The notes under the pieces were generated by a model. It worked only from the letters and a program-made list of their open reading frames with translations, was not told the origin of the DNA and did no database searches. From Desulfotalea psychrophila LSv54 (GTDB lineage: Bacteria > Desulfobacterota > Desulfobulbia > Desulfobulbales > Desulfocapsaceae), in NCBI RefSeq assembly GCF_000025945.1, contig NC_006138.1:210001-242000 (forward strand): 32,000 bases of DNA, written 5' to 3'. The position numbers and the translations under genes are program-made. Numbering within the stretch: the first letter of the stretch is position 1; the number at the start of each line of letters is the position of its first letter. This document shows positions 16,426-23,993 of this stretch, piece after piece.

Positions 16426-17676
16426 TTAACGCACGATCTTTTCGAAATCGGCTCCCGTTGGATTTTGAAACACCCTCAAACCAAAGGTCGGCATGACCGA
16501 GAGGACATGCTCAAAGATCTCTGCCTGAATGGCCTCGTAATTTGCCCACTCCTGATCATTACTGAAAACATAAATCTCAATGGGCAAGCCCGGGGCTCCC
16601 GGATCAAGATGTCTCACCAAAAAGGTCATGTCCTGATGAACCTTGGGATGGGCATGCAGATAGGCCTCCAGATAGGCCCTGAAGGTACCAATATTGGTAA
16701 GGCTTTTCCCATCGGCCAGGGCATCCAGATCGACATTGTCCGCTTCCAGGCTCATCTTCATCTCTTTAAGCTTTTGCCCCATATAGTCCTGCAGAAGATC
16801 AACCTTCATAAAGGCCTCCAGCTCCTGCTCTGAAGAAAACTTAATAGTGTTCATATCTATGGAGATGGAGCGCTTAATCCGGCGCCCGCCCGACTCAGTC
16901 ATTCCCCGCCAGTTAATAAACGATTCACTGGTCAAAAGATGGGTGGGAATGGTAGTGATGGTTTTATCCCAGTTTCTCACCTTAACGGTATTCAAGTTTA
17001 TCTCAACAACATCACCGTTGGCACCGCGACTGGGCATATCCAGCCAATCATCGAGACGCAACATATCGTTTGCCGTAATCTGCACCCCAGCCACAAGGCC
17101 AAGGATAGAATCCTTAAAGACCAAAAGAATAATGGCCATCATTCCACCCATGCCAAGAAAAAGCCCCCCAAGGGCCCTGTCCAGAACAACCGAGACAGAG
17201 GCTACGGCGGCCAAGACCCAGACAATGATTTGCAAGACCTGGATATAGCTATTAATTGGCCGTAACCTAGCCATCTTATATGTCTGATAGATATCAACCA
17301 CAGCGGCGAGAAGGCCATGGACGATAAGGGCACAGGTCAGAATAAAGTAGAGGAAATTAATCTTATAGATAAAAAGCAAAAGACCTGAATAGTCCTCCGC
17401 AGGGAAGAGCAGTTTTGAACCAATGCTGATAATAACAATTGGCACCAGATGAGACAAGCGGCGGAAGACGCCCCTCTTATACATAATACTATCCCAGCGA
17501 TACTTCGTCCTATTAACAATTTTGCTGACATAATTAGAAATAATTTTTTTGCTCAGGTAATTTGCCGCCACAGCAACCAAGGAAAGGGCCAGAAGAAGAA
17601 GAACAGTAGCGATACTCTTAGCCACTCCCTCATCCAAAACAACTACCTGAATCCAGCTCATAACAATATTAAGCAT
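16426..17676 (-). CDS. MscS-family mechanosensitive channel (YbdG/MscM-like size and layout)
   Basis: 416 aa. N-terminal TM helices are followed by the MscS pore and beta-domain signature (ILGLVAGVQITANDMLRLDDWLDMP...GDVVEINLNTVKVRNWDKTITTIPT) and a C-terminal alpha/beta domain. Confidence 0.85.
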   Translation of the reverse strand: MLNIVMSWIQVVVLDEGVAKSIATVLLLLALSLVAVAANYLSKKIISNYVSKIVNRTKYRWDSIMYKRGVFRRLSHLVPIVIISIGSKLLFPAEDYSGLLLFIYKINFLYFILTCALIVHGLLAAVVDIYQTYKMARLRPINSYIQVLQIIVWVLAAVASVSVVLDRALGGLFLGMGGMMAIILLVFKDSILGLVAGVQITANDMLRLDDWLDMPSRGANGDVVEINLNTVKVRNWDKTITTIPTHLLTSESFINWRGMTESGGRRIKRSISIDMNTIKFSSEQELEAFMKVDLLQDYMGQKLKEMKMSLEADNVDLDALADGKSLTNIGTFRAYLEAYLHAHPKVHQDMTFLVRHLDPGAPGLPIEIYVFSNDQEWANYEAIQAEIFEHVLSVMPTFGLRVFQNPTGADFEKIVR

Positions 17677-17903
17677 CTGTTAACTCCATACTGTGGTTTC
17701 TATTTTTCCTGCCCATAGCCAAGGAGGATTCATCTATTTGCGCCTAGCTGCTACCGGCAGAGTACCCAGTAAAGGGCAAAGGCCTGCAAGCCTTTTACAG
17801 ATAAGGATATCACAGTGAGTCCATATCTTAACAGGAAGATTTCCTCCCAACGCTCAGCAGACGAGGTCCGGCCAGGATTTAGAGCAAAGATGAAAATAAC
17901 GAC

Positions 17904-17931
17904 CTGACCTCACCGGCAGAGGCGAGGTCAG
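17904..17931 (-). terminator. hairpin downstream of cbiL
   Basis: On the minus strand, CTGACCTC ... GAGGTCAG forms an 8-bp stem with a 12-nt loop, followed by GTCGTTATTTT. It starts 9 nt after the cbiL stop. Confidence 0.45.
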
Positions 17932-17939
17932 AGAAAAAG

Positions 17940-18670
17940 CTAGGGCCGGTTTTTACGCACCAGCAGGGTTGAAAAATAGTGGAGATCTTCGCTGAGAGCA
18001 GCACGAACATCGTGCCAGATGCGTTCATTGCCACAGCTGGTGCGTTCCACCAGAACGGCATTTTCAAGCATACCCAAAGATTCGAGAAGCTCAACAATAC
18101 GGGGAAGGACACGATAAACCTTCATGAAGACCGCCACATCAACCTGCTGAAGGAGGGAGGCGATTTTCTCGTCTTCAAAGGTTGCAGGCAAGACAACCAA
18201 GCGCTCATCGCCCAGACAGAGGGGCATATTGGCACTGGCCGCCGAAGCTCCCACCGAAGAGACACCGGGAATAACCTCTACCCTGCCCGCCCAACCACAG
18301 GCAGCAAGGGCCTCGTAAACATAAAAGCCGGTACTGTAGATGGCAGGGTCACCGAGAGTAGGAAAGGCAACGTCTTCGCCTGCATCCAATCGTTGGATAA
18401 TGGCCCTGGCCGCCTCTTCCCAGGCAGAGGCAAGTTCTCCATCAACCTCTTGAGCACGACGGACATGCTTCATGGGAAAGCGATGAGTGAGGATGTTTTT
18501 TGCTGCCACCTCGATCACCCCTGCCGCAATGGCCAGGGCCGTACTCTCACCCTCGTCATGGGCCTTGGGCGCAACCAGGTGGTGCATTTTTCTAATATTC
18601 GAACTGCCTTCAGGGTGAGTAGCTCGGGATCACCCGGGCCAACACCAACTACATACAATACACCTTTCAT
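17940..18670 (-). pseudogene. cbiL: cobalt-factor II / precorrin-2 C20-methyltransferase, split by a 1-nt frameshift in an A5 run
   Basis: From the ATG at 18670, the minus strand reads MKGVLYVVGVGPGDPELLTLKAVRILEK, the tetrapyrrole-methylase N-terminal motif. It then runs into another frame and stops. The 215-aa ORF 17940-18587 (HHLVAPKAHDEGESTALAIA...IPGVSS...) is the rest of the enzyme. One extra A in GAAAAATG (plus-strand T run 18587-18591) would restore one 243-aa protein. An AAGAGGA RBS precedes 18670. Confidence 0.8.
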
Positions 18671-18729
18671 CGCCACATCCTCTTCTCGAAAAACCTGGGA
18701 ATTTATTCTCCTGGCCTCTTCTACTCAAC

Positions 18730-18760
18730 AAAAAAAAACGACAGGGACTGGCCCTGCCGT
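18730..18760 (-). terminator. strong rho-independent terminator between cbiK and cbiL
   Basis: On the minus strand, ACGGCAGGG-CCAGT-CCCTGTCGT forms a 9-bp stem with one G-U pair, followed by T9 (plus-strand A run 18730-18738). It begins 31 nt after the cbiK stop. Confidence 0.75.
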
Positions 18761-18790
18761 GCAACACTCTTCAAAAAAACCTAAAAAACT

Positions 18791-19774
18791 CTACCGAACC
18801 TGCAAATTATGCATTTTGGCCGTATCGGCAATGTGCTCAACAAAAATCCGGGCAAATTTATCGTTCTCACCCAGGCCGTGCAGGACGGTTTCCACCTTAA
18901 ATCCCTTCTCGAGAAGAATTGATTTCCACGAGTCTGTCTCGGCACCAGCCATATCGTTTCTGGCATGGTCACCTGCCACAATCATAAAGGGTTTAAGAAC
19001 TACCTTCTTAATGCCAGCCCGCTGAAGCTTGGCCACCACGTCATCAAGGGTCGGTTGACCTTCGACAACACCAAGAATCGTTGTTACCTGAGGATAAGCC
19101 TTGTTCATGGCATTTTCCACCTCGGCATAGATACCAGTTGACCAGTGCTCGTTGCCATGTCCCATATAGATAAGGGCAGCACCCTCTTTTTGAGCCAGGG
19201 CCACATCAGCTGCCAGGGTAGCAATCGCCTTGGCCACATCCTCGTGATAGCTATATATATCACCCGGCATACCAAGGGCAGGACGACCCATAAACACAGC
19301 GTCATAGGGACGCCATTTGCTCTTCATGGTCTGGATGGAGGCCAGAGCACTCACATATTGACTGAGATCATGGCTCTGCTCCATATAGAACATATGGGTG
19401 GGTTGAACAATGATATTTCGATAACCATCCTCACGCAGATCGCCAAAGACAGAGATGATATTCTCCACATAGAGGACCTCCTTAGGAATGCCCATGCTCA
19501 ACCACTTCTGTGGATTTTCCTGACGCTTTTTCCAGACCTTACGGATAATATTGGAGGTAAAACAGATACGTACCTCTGTGTTGGGGTAGGCTTTCCGTAC
19601 ACCATCAACAATATTAAGGATTGCCGGAAGACCCTCGGGCACGGTGGTGCCAAAACCGGCAACAATGATTGCCGTTTTAGCCTCGGCCTTTGCCGGTGAA
19701 GCCTGAGAGAGGGATGAAAAGATAAAGAGAGAGAGAAACAGAGCTAGAGCAGACAGACGAATTTTTTGTAACAT
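18791..19774 (-). CDS. cbiK: sirohydrochlorin cobaltochelatase CbiK carrying an N-terminal Sec signal peptide (periplasmic-type CbiK)
   Basis: CbiK blocks IIVAGFGTT, FTSNIIRKV, IVQPTHMF and IYMGHGNEH include the two catalytic-position His residues. I chose the start at 19774 (MLQKIRLSALALFLSLFIFSSLSQASPAKA...) because AGGAGGAG lies 6 nt upstream. The ORF-track start at 19801 has no RBS. Confidence 0.85.
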   Translation of the reverse strand: MLQKIRLSALALFLSLFIFSSLSQASPAKAEAKTAIIVAGFGTTVPEGLPAILNIVDGVRKAYPNTEVRICFTSNIIRKVWKKRQENPQKWLSMGIPKEVLYVENIISVFGDLREDGYRNIIVQPTHMFYMEQSHDLSQYVSALASIQTMKSKWRPYDAVFMGRPALGMPGDIYSYHEDVAKAIATLAADVALAQKEGAALIYMGHGNEHWSTGIYAEVENAMNKAYPQVTTILGVVEGQPTLDDVVAKLQRAGIKKVVLKPFMIVAGDHARNDMAGAETDSWKSILLEKGFKVETVLHGLGENDKFARIFVEHIADTAKMHNLQVR

Positions 19775-19822
19775 GGATTCTCCTCCTGTCGGATGCAGCA
19801 AACACAGCCAACAGATGCAACT

Positions 19823-19852
19823 AAAAGTCCGGGAGAACAGAGCCCTCCGGAC
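19823..19852 (-). terminator. candidate riboswitch expression-platform terminator
   Basis: On the minus strand, GTCCGGAGGGCTCTGTTCTCCCGGAC followed by TTTT gives an ~8-bp stem with one bulge. It lies between the aptamer and the cbiK RBS. Confidence 0.4.
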
Positions 19853-19899
19853 GAAAATCGACCGGGGAAGTCCCTAACTTTCCTCGTATCCTCTGGCAT

Positions 19900-20085
19900 C
19901 ACTCCTGTCCACGAAGCATACCAAAACTTGTTGCAGGCAGGTCTTCTGACTTCTGGATCATCCTTCTTCTGCGCCTTCCCAAACAAACGTTCAGTGACAT
20001 AATGCAGAAGTTGTCCCCAGTTACAGCGGCGGGCCCGTTCCTGAATTCCACAGGATTCCCTATTAAGCTAAACCTTTTACCACAG
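19900..20085 (-). promoter_or_regulatory. cobalamin (AdoCbl) riboswitch aptamer; boundaries approximate
   Basis: The minus strand carries the conserved elements in the canonical order: AATAGGGAA (20064-20056), CCTGTGGAATTCAGG hairpin, GGGCCCGCCGCTGTAA (to 20021), GTCACTG (19998-19992), GGGAAGGC (19980-19973) and the B12 box AGTCAGAAGACCTGCC (19951-19936). Confidence 0.9.
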
Positions 20086-20295
20086 GCAAAGCACCTGAAA
20101 CACCTTGGCAGAAGACAGTATACACCCGCAAAAGTCAAGAATGTTCTACCCGACCAAGCGCCCATTTCTTCCTCCATCAAGAACAAGACAATACTAGGAC
20201 TTGCGGTGAGGGAAATAAAATTTTATCTTCCTCCTGAAGCAAAAAGAGAACACTTATCAATCAGCCCATAAGCGGGCATAGGAAGGTAGTAATAG

Positions 20296-21252
20296 ATGGA
20301 CACATCTTTTTTATATACACTTTGGCAGGGAATTCTCTGGCCAGTGCTCCGTATCTGCTTTTTTGTCAGCCTCGGACTGGTGGCAGCCAATCTTATCGAA
20401 TCACTGGCCTGGTCACGGAGGATCACCCGATTAGCCGCCCCCCTAACCCGCTTGGCCCATCTCTCCTCCAGCACGGCGGCAGGTTTTTCCTTGGCCTTTG
20501 TCTCCGGAGTCTCGGCCAACAGCCTATTGGCCGAAGCCTATGGTAACGGGAAAATAGCCAAAAAGGAGTTAGTTCTGGCCAACCTACTCAACTCCCTGCC
20601 ACGCTTTTTTCTTCACCTGCCCACAGTCTTCTTTCTCACCCTGCCCTTTATCCATGGGACAGCATTCACCTATGTGGGCCTGACCTTTATTGCGTCCCTA
20701 CTACAAACTGCCTGCGTTGTCGGCTGTGGACGCCTCCTCCTCAACAAACCTGCGCAGGCGATAGAGGTAAAGGCCCAAGAGGAAAAGCAAACGGATTGGG
20801 GCAAGTGGTTACCGAAAATGGTAAAAAGGCTGCGACGCAGGTTAAAGAGGCTTCTTCTCTTTATGCTTCCCATCTATATAGCCTTTTATCTCCTGGCTAA
20901 ATACGGCATCTGGGCCAGCATCAAAGAGCTCATTGTCCAACTGCCACTGCTCTCCCACCTGCCGGCCGAGAGTCTCACCATCATCATCCTCCATGTAACC
21001 GCAGAATTTTCCGCAGGTCTTGCCGCCGCAAGTGTTATAATGGCGGAAAACAGTCTCTCCGGGCAGCAAATTGTCCTAGCCCTGATGATAGGTAATCTGC
21101 TGGCCACCCCGGTACGGGCCCTGCGCCACCAGCTCCCCTATTATAGTGGCATCTATCCTCTGCGAATTGCCATTGAGCTGATTTTAGCCAGCCAGATTCT
21201 CCGGGCCAGCTGTATTATCCTCGTTACCATCATCTACTACAGCTGGGTATAG
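20296..21252 (+). CDS. polytopic membrane protein with two nucleoside-recognition (Gate / FeoB-C-like) type halves; function unknown
   Basis: 318 aa with 8 or more hydrophobic helices in two halves, separated by a basic loop (KMVKRLRRRLKRL). GGAAGG RBS. It is the first gene of the transporter/cbi gene string. The family assignment is by eye only. Confidence 0.5.
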   Translation: MDTSFLYTLWQGILWPVLRICFFVSLGLVAANLIESLAWSRRITRLAAPLTRLAHLSSSTAAGFSLAFVSGVSANSLLAEAYGNGKIAKKELVLANLLNSLPRFFLHLPTVFFLTLPFIHGTAFTYVGLTFIASLLQTACVVGCGRLLLNKPAQAIEVKAQEEKQTDWGKWLPKMVKRLRRRLKRLLLFMLPIYIAFYLLAKYGIWASIKELIVQLPLLSHLPAESLTIIILHVTAEFSAGLAAASVIMAENSLSGQQIVLALMIGNLLATPVRALRHQLPYYSGIYPLRIAIELILASQILRASCIILVTIIYYSWV

Positions 21253-21272
21253 CCTACACTTAAGGATATTTC

Positions 21273-22313
21273 ATGCCTCACCCCTTTTCGGCCAAAGGCC
21301 CACTCCTCCCCCTGATCCTGATCCTGCTGGCACTGCTCTGCATGGTCGGCTCGGCGGGTATGGGCTATATCAATATCTCTGCCAGCGATATCATCCATAT
21401 CATCGCCAGCAAAATAAGCGGAGATAGCACCCTGCTGACCGGCATAGAGCCCAGTCTCCCCTATGTGATCATGGACATCCGCCTGCCTCGCATCCTCTGC
21501 GCCTTTCTGGTAGGGGCGGGCCTTGCCATCAGCGGAGTCATCTATCAGGGCATCCTCCTGAACCCCCTCGCAGACCCCTACACCCTGGGAGTCTCCTCGG
21601 GAGCGGCCTTCGGCGCAGCCCTGGCCCTTTTGGCCAACATGGCCCTTTTGCCTCTATCACTACCACTCTGCGCCTTCGGCGGGGCTCTCATCACCCTCTT
21701 TATCGTTATCCGCCTCTCCTCCTTTGGCGGCCAGATATCAGCGGGCACCCTGATCCTCTCCGGGGTCATTATCGGGGCCATCCTCTCGGCAGGAATAAGC
21801 TTTATCAAGTACCTGGCCGATGAGCAGGTAAGCGCCATCATCTTCTGGCTCATGGGCAGCTTTGTGGCCCGAGGCTGGTCCGATGTAGCCGTGATCCTGG
21901 CCAGTCTGGTGCCTGGCCTTGCCATCGCCCTCTACTACAGTCGGGATCTCAATATCATTGCCACCGGCAACCGGGCCTCGGCAAGCCTGGGGGTGGAGAC
22001 AGCACGGGTGCGCAAGATCCTTCTCATCACCGCCTCCCTAATCACCGCTGTCTGTGTCAGCGCCACCGGTATCATCGGCTTTATCGGCCTTATCGTCCCC
22101 CACCTGATGCGAATCGTGGTCGGGCCCGACAATCGCAAGCTCCTGCCCGTCTCCTTTTTAGCAGGCGGCATCCTCCTTCTGGTGGCAGATACCGTCACCC
22201 GGGCAGTTCTACCAGTGGAAATCCCCATAGGCATTCTCACCGCCCTGATTGGCGGCCCCGTATTCTGCCTCATCTTTAGAAAACGACAGCGGGGACTACG
22301 CTATGGAAACTAA
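21273..22313 (+). CDS. FecCD-family ABC permease (BtuC-like; corrinoid, haem or iron-chelate type)
   Basis: 346 aa. Typical FecCD blocks are present: RLPRIL.A.LVGAGLA.SG...Q...NPLADPY.LGVSSGAA and LTALIGGPVF. Confidence 0.88.
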   Translation: MPHPFSAKGPLLPLILILLALLCMVGSAGMGYINISASDIIHIIASKISGDSTLLTGIEPSLPYVIMDIRLPRILCAFLVGAGLAISGVIYQGILLNPLADPYTLGVSSGAAFGAALALLANMALLPLSLPLCAFGGALITLFIVIRLSSFGGQISAGTLILSGVIIGAILSAGISFIKYLADEQVSAIIFWLMGSFVARGWSDVAVILASLVPGLAIALYYSRDLNIIATGNRASASLGVETARVRKILLITASLITAVCVSATGIIGFIGLIVPHLMRIVVGPDNRKLLPVSFLAGGILLLVADTVTRAVLPVEIPIGILTALIGGPVFCLIFRKRQRGLRYGN

Positions 22314-23097
22314 CAGCAGATTTATTCTCGAAAACGTCAGCTATGCCCATGGCCCCAACAGGGCAGTGGATGATATCAGCCTCCGTCTGGAGGCGGGCAA
22401 GTTTTATGGCTTTGTCGGCCCCAATGGCTGTGGCAAGACCACCCTTTTGGATCTGCTCTGCGGCTACAGAACCCCGGATCAGGGCAGGATCCTCCTCGAT
22501 GGCAAAAAGATTGGTGCCTACCCCCGCAAGGAACTTGCCAAAAAAATCGCCCTGGCCCCCCAGGAATTTCAGCTGGGACTGGGTTTTAGCGTCGAAGAGG
22601 TGGTAATGATGGGGCGACATCCCCATATTCCCCGCTTTGCCTCCCCCAGTAAAGAGGATTGGCAAGAGGTGGACTGGGCCATCAGCTGCATCGGCCTCCA
22701 GGAGTTGCGCCACAAAAACAGCAGCGACCTCTCCGGTGGACAAAAACAGCGGGTCATCGTCGCCAGAGCCCTGGCCCAAAAGGCTGAAACCCTCCTCTTT
22801 GACGAGGCCACAGCCAATCTCGACATCCAGTACTCACTACAAATATTCAACCTGGCCCGTCGTCATATCAAGGACGGCAACAACACAGTAATTGCCGTCC
22901 TCCATGACATGAACCTGGCAGCGGCCTACTGTGATGAAGTACTCTTCCTGCAGGAGGGTAGAGTACACAGCTTTGGCCCCACCGCCCGAACCATGACCGC
23001 CGAAAACATCCGCCAGGTTTTTCAGGTGGAGGCCCGGGTAGGCGCTGACCTCTACCAACAACCACACCAAATTTCCCTTAACTATAAGAGAACATGA
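22303..23097 (+). CDS. ABC transporter ATP-binding protein (BtuD/FepC-like)
   Basis: Walker A GPNGCGKTT, signature LSGGQKQRV, Walker B LLFDEATANLD. I chose the start at 22303 (METNSRF...), which overlaps the permease stop by 11 nt. The ORF-track start at 22249 lies inside the permease. Confidence 0.88.
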   Translation: METNSRFILENVSYAHGPNRAVDDISLRLEAGKFYGFVGPNGCGKTTLLDLLCGYRTPDQGRILLDGKKIGAYPRKELAKKIALAPQEFQLGLGFSVEEVVMMGRHPHIPRFASPSKEDWQEVDWAISCIGLQELRHKNSSDLSGGQKQRVIVARALAQKAETLLFDEATANLDIQYSLQIFNLARRHIKDGNNTVIAVLHDMNLAAAYCDEVLFLQEGRVHSFGPTARTMTAENIRQVFQVEARVGADLYQQPHQISLNYKRT

Positions 23098-23993
23098 AAA
23101 ATAAATTTTCCATCCTCCTCCTCTGCACCCTCTTCACAGCTACCGCCCTACAGGCAAGCGTAAATGAGGCTCGGCCAGATCCCATCTATAAACGGATCAT
23201 ATCTCTCTACCCTGCCCATACCGAGAATCTGGTGAGTATGGGGGCTACGGAGAGTATCATCGGTATCTCCCGTAGTGACACCTATCCGGCTGCAATCCTT
23301 GACAGGCCACGCTTCAGCTATAGAGAGGATCCCGAAAAATTTATTGCGGCCAAACCTGACCTGGTCCTTATCCGACCCATGATCGCCCGCGCCTATCCCC
23401 TCTTTGTCCAAAAATTGGAAGAGGCAGGCATCCGGGTAATCTCCCTCCAACCCCAGTCGGTGGACGAGCTCTACAGCTACTGGCAGGATTTGGGCAAACT
23501 GGCAGGCAAACAGGCCCAGGCAGGGGCCATGCTCAACCTCTTTCAAGAGAGGCTCCGTCTCTTTAAGGAGCAGCTGGCCCTTATCCCGCAGAAAGAGCGA
23601 CCGAGGGTCTACTTTGAGTCCATCCATAGGCGGATGAAGACCTTTGCCCCTGGTTCCATTGCCCTCTTTGCCATGAAAGAGGCGGGAGGAATCAATATTG
23701 CCTGCGATGCAGCCCAGGTACGCAGCACCAATATTGCCGATTATGGCAAGGAGCATATCCTGGCCAAGGCTGGACAAATCGACGTCTACCTGGCCCAACA
23801 GGGAAGAATGAACCCCGTCGAACGGGCAACCATTACAGCTGAACCCGCCTTTGCCGCCATTAAGGCCGTGCAGAATGATCGGGTCTATCTGATCAAGGAG
23901 GAGATTATCTCCCGCCCCACCATGAGAATCCTGCTGGGAATTGCGGAAATCCACCGCCTCCTCTACCCTCAGGAGAACGTCAATGCCCAGTAA
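23094..23993 (+). CDS. periplasmic substrate-binding protein, BtuF / iron-siderophore class (class III SBP)
   Basis: Signal peptide MKNKFSILLLCTLFTATALQA. The layout is typical of this class (IISLYPAHTENLVSMGA, KPDLVLI). ATGA start/stop overlap with the ATPase gene. Confidence 0.8.
   Translation: MKNKFSILLLCTLFTATALQASVNEARPDPIYKRIISLYPAHTENLVSMGATESIIGISRSDTYPAAILDRPRFSYREDPEKFIAAKPDLVLIRPMIARAYPLFVQKLEEAGIRVISLQPQSVDELYSYWQDLGKLAGKQAQAGAMLNLFQERLRLFKEQLALIPQKERPRVYFESIHRRMKTFAPGSIALFAMKEAGGINIACDAAQVRSTNIADYGKEHILAKAGQIDVYLAQQGRMNPVERATITAEPAFAAIKAVQNDRVYLIKEEIISRPTMRILLGIAEIHRLLYPQENVNAQ

Noticed and set aside
17979-19025. 348-aa ORF on the plus strand
   Set aside because: It is antisense to cbiL and cbiK, both of which carry clear family motifs. 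It also runs straight through the cbiK-cbiL terminator. The translated sequence is Ser/Thr/Arg-rich and motif-free.
20100-20295. A possible second cobalamin riboswitch on the plus strand, suggested by GGTGAGGGAA at about 20206
   Set aside because: Only this one short match is present. No GCCACTG, GGGAAGGC or B12 box follows, and the remaining about 80 nt before the ATG is too short for an aptamer.
19744-20519. Several 69-98-aa ORFs in the cbiK / Gate-gene divergent region (for example 19899-20186 minus, 20002-20271 plus, 20223-20519 minus)
   Set aside because: They overlap the cobalamin riboswitch, its expression platform or the start of the 20296 gene. None has an RBS, and the riboswitch fully explains the conservation-like structure of this DNA.
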